Shown here: positions 40,265 to 49,497 of the stretch, in pieces
Numbering within the stretch: position 1 is the first letter of the stretch
Layout of the letters: each line of letters opens with the position of its first letter
Source: a bacterium
GTDB lineage: Bacteria; SAR324; NAC60-12
Reading direction: 5' to 3'
Length of the DNA stretch: 64,000 nucleotides
Assembly (NCBI GenBank): GCA_965205865.1
Contig: CBDBHR010000004.1
Location: 1 to 64,000, forward strand
Notes under the pieces: generated by a model
Seen by the model: only the letters and a program-made list of their open reading frames with translations
Database searches by the model: none
What the model was told of the DNA's origin: nothing
Program-made: the position numbers and the translations under genes

Positions 40265-41944
40265 ATGCCTAGAATGACTGGAGCTCGATTTTTCGCAGAA
40301 ACTGTCCATGGTTACGGAATCACCCATGTCTTTTTCATGCCCTATATTGGCCCGAGGGCGTTGATGGAAATGGAAAAGCTGGGAATTAAACGTGTTCAGA
40401 GTCGGGGAGAAAAAGGAGCCGCGTATATGGCCGATGCCTATGCCCGTGTGAAACGGGGTCCCGGCCTTTGTATGGCACAATCCGTCGGCGCGGTCAATCT
40501 GGCCGCAGGGTTACAGGATGCCTATCTCGCCTGTTCTCCTGTAATTGCAGTGACTGGACGGGAACATCAACAATACCAACAACGAAACGCGTATCAAGAA
40601 GTCGATCACAGAAATCCTTTCTCGGCGGTCACTAAATACAGCACATATATTTCCACGCCGGAACAATTCCCCACCTATTTGCGTCAAGCTTTCCGATCTG
40701 CAATGTCGGGCACGCCAAGACCAGTTCATCTCGATTTGGAGGGGCTTGCCGGGCAGAATGTGATAGACGGGGAGGGGGATCTTGAAGTCGTCATTGAAGA
40801 GGATTTTTCCCAACTGCCACCTTTCCGTCCTGAAGCGGAAAAAGAAAAAATCGTGGCGGCCCTCCAACTACTCAATCAGGCCAAGCGCCCCATAATTGTA
40901 GCAGGTGGGGGCGTGACCGCCTCCGGGGCTCGCAGCGAGTTGATAACCCTGGCCGAAAAACTCTCCATTCCCGTGGCCACTGCTTTGAATGCTAAGGCCA
41001 TGTTCCCTGCGGATCATCCATTGGCGGTGGGCGTCCCTGGCCATTATTCGCGAGATTGTGCCAACCAAGCCGTCTGTGAAGCAGATCTCGTTTTTTTCAT
41101 CGGCAGTCGATCCGGGGGCCAAGTGACCTACTTTTACCGCATTCCTCCACAAGGAACACCGATCATCCATCTCGATATCAACCCGGAAGAATTAGGCCGC
41201 AATTATGCCACCAAGGTGGGCATGCAAGGCGATGCGCAAAACACTTTGCGCCGCATGCTCGAGCTTGCGGAAACCGCGGAACCGCGCACGGGCTGGATCA
41301 ACCGGGTGCAGGAATTAGTGAGGAACTGGAAAGAGAGCATGAGTGATGTCGTCAACTCGGACATCCTGCCCATGCGTCCGGAACGTCTCTGCCGGGAAAT
41401 ATCCGATAACCTTCCCTCCGACGCGATTCTGGTCTCTGACACCGGTCATTCGGGAATCTGGACAGGAACAATGATCGACTTAAAACATCCCGGACAGAGT
41501 TTCATCCGTTGCGCCGGTTCATTGGGGTGGGGGCTGCCCGCAGCCGTGGGAGCCAAATGCGCCGCTCCGCACAGACCCGTACTCTGTTTCATCGGCGATG
41601 GTGGCATCTGGTATCACTTGTCGGACCTGGAAACTGCAAGGCGATGTGGCATTAATCCGGTTATCCTTGTCAACGACAACCATTCCTTGAACCAGGAACA
41701 GGGTGGTGTCGAGGGAATCTATGGTGCAAGGTCGGCTGGTTCTGACGAACTCTGGCTCTTTCCCGAAGTCGACTTCGCTAAGATTGCAGAATCGATGGGA
41801 TGTTTCGGAATTGTTGTCCATAAGCCCAGTGAACTATCCAGTGCACTGGATCAGGCCTTTTCCGCAGGGAAACCGGCGGTGGTTGATGTCAAGACGCACC
41901 TCGAAGGGGTTGCTCCACAACCGTATCTTCCTCCCACGGTATAG
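40265..41944 (+). CDS. Thiamine pyrophosphate-binding enzyme (acetolactate synthase-like)
   Basis: YMADAYAR, GSLGWGLPAA, GDGG..VNDN TPP motif. Confidence 0.9.
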   Translation: MPRMTGARFFAETVHGYGITHVFFMPYIGPRALMEMEKLGIKRVQSRGEKGAAYMADAYARVKRGPGLCMAQSVGAVNLAAGLQDAYLACSPVIAVTGREHQQYQQRNAYQEVDHRNPFSAVTKYSTYISTPEQFPTYLRQAFRSAMSGTPRPVHLDLEGLAGQNVIDGEGDLEVVIEEDFSQLPPFRPEAEKEKIVAALQLLNQAKRPIIVAGGGVTASGARSELITLAEKLSIPVATALNAKAMFPADHPLAVGVPGHYSRDCANQAVCEADLVFFIGSRSGGQVTYFYRIPPQGTPIIHLDINPEELGRNYATKVGMQGDAQNTLRRMLELAETAEPRTGWINRVQELVRNWKESMSDVVNSDILPMRPERLCREISDNLPSDAILVSDTGHSGIWTGTMIDLKHPGQSFIRCAGSLGWGLPAAVGAKCAAPHRPVLCFIGDGGIWYHLSDLETARRCGINPVILVNDNHSLNQEQGGVEGIYGARSAGSDELWLFPEVDFAKIAESMGCFGIVVHKPSELSSALDQAFSAGKPAVVDVKTHLEGVAPQPYLPPTV

Positions 41945-41976
41945 AATAATTGATCGGGTGAACCCTCAGGATTAAA

Positions 41977-42915
41977 ATGAAACGAAGCGATATTGAAAAA
42001 GCAAGCGTGATTGGTGGTGGAATAATGGGTTTCGGCGTCGCCATCAACTTTGCGCGAAATGGTTATCCCACCATCGTCCACGACCTGAATGATAGAATTC
42101 TGGAGCAATCGAAGAAGTCTGTTCAATCTGCCTTGGCTCTCTTTGTCGAAGAGGAATTAATCACTCGATCACAATCCGATGACACCCTGAGTCGCATTCG
42201 CTGGACCACCGATTTGAGGGAAGCTGCCGCGAGTGATTTCATCACCGAAGCTATTGTTGAGCGCTTAAAAGACAAGCAAGAGCTCTTCAACACCTTGGAT
42301 AAAATTTGCCCATCGCATACCATCATCGTCAGCAATACTTCAGGTCTGGTGTTGAGTGATATCGGTGCAGGTGTCCGGCGGCAGGACAAAATCGCGGTGA
42401 CCCACTATTTCGCTCCAGCCCACATTGTACCCGGAGTCGAGGTGGCAAAAGGTCCCGGTACCAGTGATGAGACATATGAGATCGTTTATAACTTGATGAA
42501 AAAGGTGAAGAAAATACCGATTCGGGTGCTCAAAGAGTTGCCAGGCTATCTTCTCAATCGTATGCAAAATGCGCTTTCTGCAGAGGTCAATCGATTGTGG
42601 GCCGAGGGGGTGGCAACGGCTGAAGAGATCGAACTTGGTATCAAAACGACCTTTGGTTTTCGCATGCCCCATGAAGGTTCGATGGGACACTATGACGTAT
42701 GTGGCGTATGGAAATGGCCGGCCGATATTCGCACACCCTGGCTATTCAAACCCGACTCCCAACCTGTTAATGAAAGCACTAAAAAAATCAGGGCACGTTT
42801 CGAGGAGGGAAAACCATGGTTTTTTGCCCCGGATCAGTTTGAAGAGGCCATGGAAAAAAGAGATCGAGAGTATGTCCGTCGCCTGAAATCACTATATGGG
42901 TCTGATCTCGCTTAA
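41977..42915 (+). CDS. 3-hydroxyacyl-CoA dehydrogenase family
   Basis: GGGIMG, EAIVE, SNTSG, THYF, PGYLLNR. Confidence 0.9.
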   Translation: MKRSDIEKASVIGGGIMGFGVAINFARNGYPTIVHDLNDRILEQSKKSVQSALALFVEEELITRSQSDDTLSRIRWTTDLREAAASDFITEAIVERLKDKQELFNTLDKICPSHTIIVSNTSGLVLSDIGAGVRRQDKIAVTHYFAPAHIVPGVEVAKGPGTSDETYEIVYNLMKKVKKIPIRVLKELPGYLLNRMQNALSAEVNRLWAEGVATAEEIELGIKTTFGFRMPHEGSMGHYDVCGVWKWPADIRTPWLFKPDSQPVNESTKKIRARFEEGKPWFFAPDQFEEAMEKRDREYVRRLKSLYGSDLA

Positions 42916-43389
42916 CCTGCCTGTCTGAACAAAAGTTAAACGTTTGACGAAACTATACTCGCTTGTTGAACAGTGGGACTTTCAGCCAATACTTCCATGG
43001 GTAGTTTTTGTTGAATGGAAGGAGCAAGATAGAGGACCATCGAAACAGTCCCCTATCCCGGAGGCAAGTTTCTGAAGAAAACACGGGTGTTATATAGGCA
43101 CCGCCCGCTGGCCTGAAAAGGGTCAAGTCCTGAATTTAGCGCTACGAATTCCCATTTGTCCTCAAAATCTGCGTCAGGGGTACCCTGGTGTCCAACCGTT
43201 GAGAATCGAACACTCCGAAGTTAGTCACCCCTGGTCAATCGAGACGATACAAACTCCCAACTTATTCTTGAGAACTGAACATCGACCAACCGTATACTGG
43301 TTGCGCAATGTTTTACCCGCAGGGGATTTTCCAAACTCGACGCTTGAATGGGAATGAGCATCAGTCTTCCTTGACATATGCCTTATGTA

Positions 43390-43638
43390 ACCCGAGTTCG
43401 ACATAAATCTTCAATAATATGAGTATCCTAGTGTATATGTCATCCTCGCGAAACTTGTCCCCGCGAAAGCGGGGAGCGGGGATCCGGATTTCAGTCTGGC
43501 TGCATATCTCCACTTGTCCCCGCGAAAGCGGAGAGCGGGGATCCGGATTCCTGCTTTCGCAGGAATGACAAGCTTTCTCTAAGATATGAAGATTCCATAA
43601 CATATTGAATTTATTAAATTCTTATCTCGAACTCAGGT
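43390..43638. mobile_element. MITE-like element with nested REP-like repeats
   Basis: IRs ACCCGAGTTCGACATAA / TTATCTCGAACTCAGGT; flanking direct repeat TTATGTA (43383-43389, 43639-43645); internal duplicated ACTTGTCCCCGCGAAAGCGGRGAGCGGGGATCCGGATT. Confidence 0.75.
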
Positions 43639-43835
43639 TTATGTAGGAGGAGATATTATTTTTCGTATAGGAAAGCTGACAAGGTTCTTACAATATCCAA
43701 ATAATAAATACAAATCAACAACATTTTTTATTTTTTACACTTCATTCAGAACTAACATTTTCGAATCAATTTTGGGAGTCGATCCTGCCAGAATCGAATT
43801 ATTGCAACCCGTGCTTGTCAGGATTGAACAGCAAA

Positions 43836-44678
43836 TCAAATGTTGATCACCTTGGCTTTTTTTGATTTCGTTTTGACGTTCAGCTTCTCCCGAATCTGGC
43901 CGAGTTCTGATTTTAACCATTGACCTACCAGCATGGAATCGGTTTTATGGATGAGCATGTTCGCACCCATGCTGAACAGCCGAGTCTGGTATTCCGGATC
44001 CCCCCATGCATGAATTCCCGCACCCACTCCTTTGGCGCGTGCTTTTTTGAATATTTTTTCAATCGTTTTCAAATAGAGAGGATGATTGTAATTTTCAGGA
44101 ACCCCCAGATTGCAGGTCAAGTCATGGGGACCAATCTGCACGGCATCAATTCCGGGAATATCGAGGATTTTGTCCAACGCATTGAGGGCAGGAACACTTT
44201 CAATGTTGAGGACAAGGATGTTGTTTTTATTGAAGTTTGCTAAATATTTTTGCATTTCCCGATCTACTTTGGCGCCGGCGAGAATCTCGTTCATCCGCCC
44301 CCCCTTGAGAGGACGAATTTTGGTAGCGCCTCGCAACTGAATCACTTGTTCGACTTGCTCCGTGTAAGGAGATACAATTCCTGCCGCCCCATCGTCCAAT
44401 GCCATTGTGGCATCATAGGGATTGGGGGAATTGAGGCGGACGATAGGAGGCAGTCCCATTGCCGAATAAGTTCTGCACATCCATGAAACCTGGCTGCGGT
44501 CTAAACAAACATGCTCGGTGTCAATGAACAAGAAATCAAGGCCGCAATTTTCAAGCACCTTCGGCCAAATCGGAGAGGGAGAAACAACTCCCGTTCCGAA
44601 AACGATGTCGCCCTTATGTAACTTTTTTTTCAATTCTACTGGTGTCATTCGTAAATTTTCCTTTCGACTCATTGGCAA
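43836..44678 (-). CDS. HpcH/HpaI aldolase family
   Basis: DFLFIDTEH, ALDDGAAG, NIES, IGPHDL. Confidence 0.9.
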   Translation of the reverse strand: MPMSRKENLRMTPVELKKKLHKGDIVFGTGVVSPSPIWPKVLENCGLDFLFIDTEHVCLDRSQVSWMCRTYSAMGLPPIVRLNSPNPYDATMALDDGAAGIVSPYTEQVEQVIQLRGATKIRPLKGGRMNEILAGAKVDREMQKYLANFNKNNILVLNIESVPALNALDKILDIPGIDAVQIGPHDLTCNLGVPENYNHPLYLKTIEKIFKKARAKGVGAGIHAWGDPEYQTRLFSMGANMLIHKTDSMLVGQWLKSELGQIREKLNVKTKSKKAKVINI

Positions 44679-44736
44679 TCTTGATCGTCTCTATCAACTG
44701 TGTGATTTTTTTCTCAAAAAAGTTTTTGTAAAATCT

Positions 44737-45687
44737 TTATCCCTTCTTTTTTTTGTCACGCATCTTCATGGCTCTCTTCGAGCCACCAAAACCACCGATA
44801 TTGCCCCTCAGTCTGGGATCCAGCAGATCTCGCAGGGCATCACCAAACATGTTGACGCCATAAACGACGGCTACGAGACAGAGCCCTGGCCATAGTGCCA
44901 GGCGGGGGGCCATCTCCATGTACTGACGGCCTTCCCTACTGAGCAGACCACCCCAACTGGGGACCTCAGGGGGTAAACCAAAGCCAAGAAAGCTGAGAGA
45001 CGCTTCCGACATGATGACGGCGCCGATGTTGATTGAGAAGATAATTATGATGGGAGGCATGATATTGGGTAAGACATGTCGCCTGAGGGTTTGACTGAGG
45101 GGCGTACCCACTGCTTTGGCCGCCAGAAAATAGTCATTTTCTTTGATGGAGATAACGGCGCTTCTCACAATCCTCGAGTTGCCAACTCCATACGAAACTC
45201 CCAAAACCACGATAATCTGCAGGACCCCTTGACCCACCACGGACATGACCGTCAACAACAGGAGCAGACCGGGAAAAGACATCCAGGCATCAACAAATCT
45301 CTGGATTGCCAGATCAAATTTTCCGCCCAGGAAACCTGCAACGCCACCGATCAGTACGGATACCAAAATACTGAGTGCCGTTGCTGAAAAACCAACAATG
45401 GAGGAATGGCGAGCTCCATAAATGATGCGGCTCAAAAAGTCTCTCCCCAACTGGTCCGTCCCCAAAAGATACGTGGTAGACGACTCTTGAAGCCTGTCTA
45501 TCAAGTGGATTTCAGTATAAGAAAAGGGCGCCAGAACATGAGCGAAGAGACTGACAAGAATGAATATCAAGATTATTACTCCACCCACGGTACCAAGGGG
45601 TTTTTCCTTAAACAATCTTCGCACCAGTTCGACTAGCAAAGATTCTCTCTTTTCAATTTTGATTGTTTCTGCAGGGTGATCGGTCAT
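44737..45687 (-). CDS. Peptide ABC permease (DppC family)
   Basis: LGTDQLGRD, HVLPN, FGDALRDLLDPR; paralogue of 1752-2657. Confidence 0.93.
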   Translation of the reverse strand: MTDHPAETIKIEKRESLLVELVRRLFKEKPLGTVGGVIILIFILVSLFAHVLAPFSYTEIHLIDRLQESSTTYLLGTDQLGRDFLSRIIYGARHSSIVGFSATALSILVSVLIGGVAGFLGGKFDLAIQRFVDAWMSFPGLLLLLTVMSVVGQGVLQIIVVLGVSYGVGNSRIVRSAVISIKENDYFLAAKAVGTPLSQTLRRHVLPNIMPPIIIIFSINIGAVIMSEASLSFLGFGLPPEVPSWGGLLSREGRQYMEMAPRLALWPGLCLVAVVYGVNMFGDALRDLLDPRLRGNIGGFGGSKRAMKMRDKKKKG

Positions 45688-45723
45688 TTGGTTCCTCCCA
45701 TCTGTTTATTTGAATTTCCTTTT

Positions 45724-46680
45724 TTATTTATATCGTACTCTGGGGTCTAAATAAGGATAAATCAAGTCAGTTAATAGATTACCTCCCATCACCAGAGAGG
45801 CAAAAAGCAGATTGACTCCGGAGACCACCGGATAGTCCCTGTCAGTGAGGGCATCCAACAGGAGACGACCCAAGCCTGGTAAGGCAAAGATATTTTCGAT
45901 GATCACGGAGCCTCCCACCAGGATCGGTAAATGCAAGCCAATCAAAGTGATAACCGGAATGAGGGCATTTTTAACGGCATGTCTCACGATTACAATGCGC
46001 TCCTTGAGGCCTTTGGCCCAAGCTGTGCGAATATAATCCTGGCGAAGCACCTCGAGCATCATCGTGCGTGTCAGGCGCATGATGCTTGCCGAAAAGTGAG
46101 TTCCTAAAATCAAACAGGGAATGACGAAGATGGAAAGATGCGCTACCGGATCTTTTGTGAATGGAACCAATTCCATGGGGGGAGACCAGGCCCACCAGAT
46201 GGCCGGATAAATCATCACCATGGTGGCAAGCCAGAAGTCAGGCGTTGCCAAGCCGATAATGGCAACGGAACGCCCCACGTAGTCACCTGTTGTGTCTTGG
46301 AGAATTGCTGAATAGATGCCGACGGGTACTGCAATCAGAATAGCGATCGCAATGGCGAGGAGTCCCAATTCAATCGTCAGTGGCAATCTGCCAAATACCT
46401 TTTCTTCTACAGTCCACCCACCCAACAAGGACTCACCCATGGTACCTTTAAACAATATCCCTCCCATCCATTTTCCATACTGCACATGGACAGGTAGGTC
46501 CAGCCCCAGCATCTTCTCGAGGGCCTCCCGGTCAATGTCCCCCGCCATGTATTGCATACGACCCACCATGGCATCAATGACATCGCCAGGAATGAAGCGG
46601 ACTGAGAGAAAAACGAGGATAGTCAATAAAATCCAGGTGGGGATGAGCAGCAATATCCGCCTGATGATATACGCTTTCAT
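45724..46680 (-). CDS. Peptide ABC permease (DppB family)
   Basis: YIIRR, QDYIRTAWAKGL, YLDPRVRY; paralogue of 2657-3640. Confidence 0.93.
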   Translation of the reverse strand: MKAYIIRRILLLIPTWILLTILVFLSVRFIPGDVIDAMVGRMQYMAGDIDREALEKMLGLDLPVHVQYGKWMGGILFKGTMGESLLGGWTVEEKVFGRLPLTIELGLLAIAIAILIAVPVGIYSAILQDTTGDYVGRSVAIIGLATPDFWLATMVMIYPAIWWAWSPPMELVPFTKDPVAHLSIFVIPCLILGTHFSASIMRLTRTMMLEVLRQDYIRTAWAKGLKERIVIVRHAVKNALIPVITLIGLHLPILVGGSVIIENIFALPGLGRLLLDALTDRDYPVVSGVNLLFASLVMGGNLLTDLIYPYLDPRVRYK

Positions 46681-46768
46681 GTCATACGCCTTTCAATTGT
46701 TTGAGGATTTCCCAGGAATTTTGGATAAGAAATCGTTTCTCGGAATCAAACATGACGTCCCTCTCCCG

Positions 46769-47812
46769 TCAAGATGCAACTAGGGTAGAATCATTGGCTA
46801 CTCGAACGACGAGCTTGCCGAAATTCTCACCTCTGAGCAAACCACTCAAAGCTTCCGGAGCTTTTTCCAATCCATCAACAATATCTTCGTGGAAACGCAG
46901 TTTTCCTTCCCGGATCCATTTTGCCAAACTGGTGAACGCCTCTTGTTTCTGATCGGCATAATCCCCAACGATAAAGCCTCGGAAGGTCAGTCGTTTCGTC
47001 AGTATTTGGCGCAAAAGCATGGGCACCTGGTTGGGTCCCGGAGGCAAGGAGGTCGCATTGGCAATAGCGATCGTTCCGCAGACAGGAATCCGCGCAAAAT
47101 TATTGAACAGCGGCAGCACTGTTTCAAATACTTTACCCGCCACGTTCTCGAAATAAACATCGATACCATCAGGACATGCGGCTTCCACTTGCTCTGCGAA
47201 ATTGGCATCCCGGTGATTGAGACAGGCATCGAACCCCAGTTCACCGGTGACGAACCTGCATTTTTCTGCTGATCCGGCAATGCCTACCGCGCGCGCGCCT
47301 TTTATTCTGGCGATTTGTCCCACTACCGATCCCACAGCTCCGGATGCCGCGGCGACCACCACCGTCTCTCCTTCCTCTGGTTTACCGATGTTGAGTAATC
47401 CCGTATAGGCGGTCATACCCGGCATTCCCAGCACGCCCACTGCCGTCGAGACGGGTCCCTCTGCGGGATCAACCTTGCGCAACGCCCTGGCCGGCAATGA
47501 GAAATATTCTTGCCAGCCACCGGCACCCACAACGATTTCTCCTTCCGAAAAGTCCGGATGCCTCGACTCGACCACCTGTCCTACCGTGCCACCTTCCATC
47601 ACCTCTCCAAGTTCCACAGGCTTGGCGTAGTTTTTCCCCGCATTCATCCGTCCTCGCATGTAAGGATCAAGGGAGAGGAAAATCGTGCGACACAAGACTT
47701 GACCGTCACCCGGAGAAGGTATGGTTGTTTCAACCAGCTTGAAATTGCTCGCTTTGGGTTCTCCCTGCGGACGGGAAACCAAGAGGATTTGACGGTTCAC
47801 AGAGACAGGCAT
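46769..47812 (-). CDS. NADPH-dependent alkenal/one oxidoreductase (CurA/PGR family)
   Basis: SLDPYMRGRM, GMPGMTAY, AASGAVG, YFENV, GENFGK. Confidence 0.92.
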   Translation of the reverse strand: MPVSVNRQILLVSRPQGEPKASNFKLVETTIPSPGDGQVLCRTIFLSLDPYMRGRMNAGKNYAKPVELGEVMEGGTVGQVVESRHPDFSEGEIVVGAGGWQEYFSLPARALRKVDPAEGPVSTAVGVLGMPGMTAYTGLLNIGKPEEGETVVVAAASGAVGSVVGQIARIKGARAVGIAGSAEKCRFVTGELGFDACLNHRDANFAEQVEAACPDGIDVYFENVAGKVFETVLPLFNNFARIPVCGTIAIANATSLPPGPNQVPMLLRQILTKRLTFRGFIVGDYADQKQEAFTSLAKWIREGKLRFHEDIVDGLEKAPEALSGLLRGENFGKLVVRVANDSTLVAS

Positions 47813-47824
47813 TTCTTTCTACAC

Positions 47825-48931
47825 TCAAGCAAGGGTGAGAACGCCACGGTTGATTCGTCCGGCAAGCATGTCGGCATAAACTTCGTTGATTTGATCCAGC
47901 GGAGAACGGCGTGAGATCAATTCGTCGAGTTTGAGACGGCCTGTTTTGTACAACTGGATGATCCTGGGAAAATCCCTTTGACAGTTGCCGGTGCCATAAA
48001 AACAGCCCAGTACTCGTGTTTCCTGATGGTGCATACGGAAGGTATCAAAAGTAACTCTCGCATCGTGAGGCGCCACTCCCACCAGGGTTAGCGTGCCACC
48101 CCGCCTTAACGAGTAAATCGCCTTTTCCTGGACAGCCGGATTGCCGGTGGCATCGAGCACGTGATCGATACCACGTCCATTGGTGAGATCGAGCAGGGTT
48201 TGTGAGGCATCTTCTCTGGCATCGATTGTATGAGTGGCGCCAAATTCTCGAGCACTGGCGAACTTTTCGGGGACCGTATCGATCCCTACGATGATCTCTG
48301 CGCCACAGAGTGCCGCGCCTTGCAGGATATTGAGACCAATCCCGCCACAACCAAATACCGCCACTGTCTCACCAGGGCGAATTTGCGCCGTATAAACGGC
48401 AGCGCCCACCCCCGTCATCACGGCACAGCCAACGAGCGAAGCGGACTCCATCGACACTTCAGGATCGAGAGTGATACAAGCCTGTTCGGGTACGACTGCG
48501 TACTCGGCGAAAGTAGAATGGGTAGAAAACTGGGTCAAAGGCTCACCACCCAACCGCAGCCGGGTTGTACCGTCCATTGCCGTTCCTTTTTCAAGAAATG
48601 GACGATAGGTCTCACACAAGTTGGTACGTTCTCGTTGACAGTAGAAGCAGGTTCCACATGCGGGGAACCACGATAACATCACATGCTCGCCTGGAGAAAA
48701 CCGAGTAACGCCTTGTCCCAACGTTTCGACCACACCGGCCCCTTCATGGCCCAACACAGCGGGAAAGTGTTTTGGAATTTCTCCCATCACTTGGTGCCAA
48801 TCGCTATGACAAACCCCGCTTGCGGCTAAGCGGACCAGTATTTCTCCAGGACCCGGGTCCTGCACTTCGATCGTCTCAATGACAAAGGGGCCGCCTACTT
48901 GATGAACGACGGCTGCTTTTGCTGTTTGCAT
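47825..48931 (-). CDS. Zn-dependent alcohol dehydrogenase
   Basis: GVCHSD, GHEGAG, CxxCxxC..C structural Zn, GCGGIG. Confidence 0.93.
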   Translation of the reverse strand: MQTAKAAVVHQVGGPFVIETIEVQDPGPGEILVRLAASGVCHSDWHQVMGEIPKHFPAVLGHEGAGVVETLGQGVTRFSPGEHVMLSWFPACGTCFYCQRERTNLCETYRPFLEKGTAMDGTTRLRLGGEPLTQFSTHSTFAEYAVVPEQACITLDPEVSMESASLVGCAVMTGVGAAVYTAQIRPGETVAVFGCGGIGLNILQGAALCGAEIIVGIDTVPEKFASAREFGATHTIDAREDASQTLLDLTNGRGIDHVLDATGNPAVQEKAIYSLRRGGTLTLVGVAPHDARVTFDTFRMHHQETRVLGCFYGTGNCQRDFPRIIQLYKTGRLKLDELISRRSPLDQINEVYADMLAGRINRGVLTLA

Positions 48932-49250
48932 AATGAATCTCTGAATAAGGATTAAATCAAAACAAAATAAAACGACAAATTAATCAAAAGCCGCAACAAT
49001 TTTCTCTACCACAGGTTGCAGGACTTCTACATTTTCGAATGGGGCGCGGATGATCTCTTCAGCCCCTGCATCTTTAAATTTTCCAATGACATCGATAAGA
49101 TAATTGCTTGGTCCAACCGTTGCCCGAGGCAATGCTTTGAAGTAGCGCTCTCAAGATTCGTTGTCTTCGGCAAGGATCAACGGCATATGCGCCGTATTGC
49201 ATTTACTTTTTAATTGTCGATGGCTTGATGTTGGGCAAACCATGTTTAAG

Positions 49251-49497
49251 CTACTCTCCCTATTCAAGATGTCAAGAAATTTTTAAGAAAAACTTCACTC
49301 CTCATGGAGATACGCTTGAACGTCGTTTTCCGATTTTTTGAAATCGAAGAACGAGGTGGCTCTAAATCCTTGCCTAAACTACTCTCCCTATTCAAGATGT
49401 CAAGAAATTTTAAGAAAAACTTAACTCCTCATGGAGAAGCGCTTAAACGTCGTTTTCCGATTTTATTGAAATCGAAGAACGAGGTGGCTCTAAATCC
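49251..49497. repeat. ~120-bp direct duplication (49251-49369, 49379-49497)
   Basis: CTACTCTCCCTATTCAAGATG...GGTGGCTCTAAATCC twice with few mismatches; second copy contains the 3' end of the FAAL gene. Confidence 0.92.

Noticed and set aside
48960-49210. Possible luciferase-like monooxygenase C-terminal remnant (minus strand)
   Set aside because: Weak similarity (IGKFKDAGAEEII) with an internal stop; insufficient support
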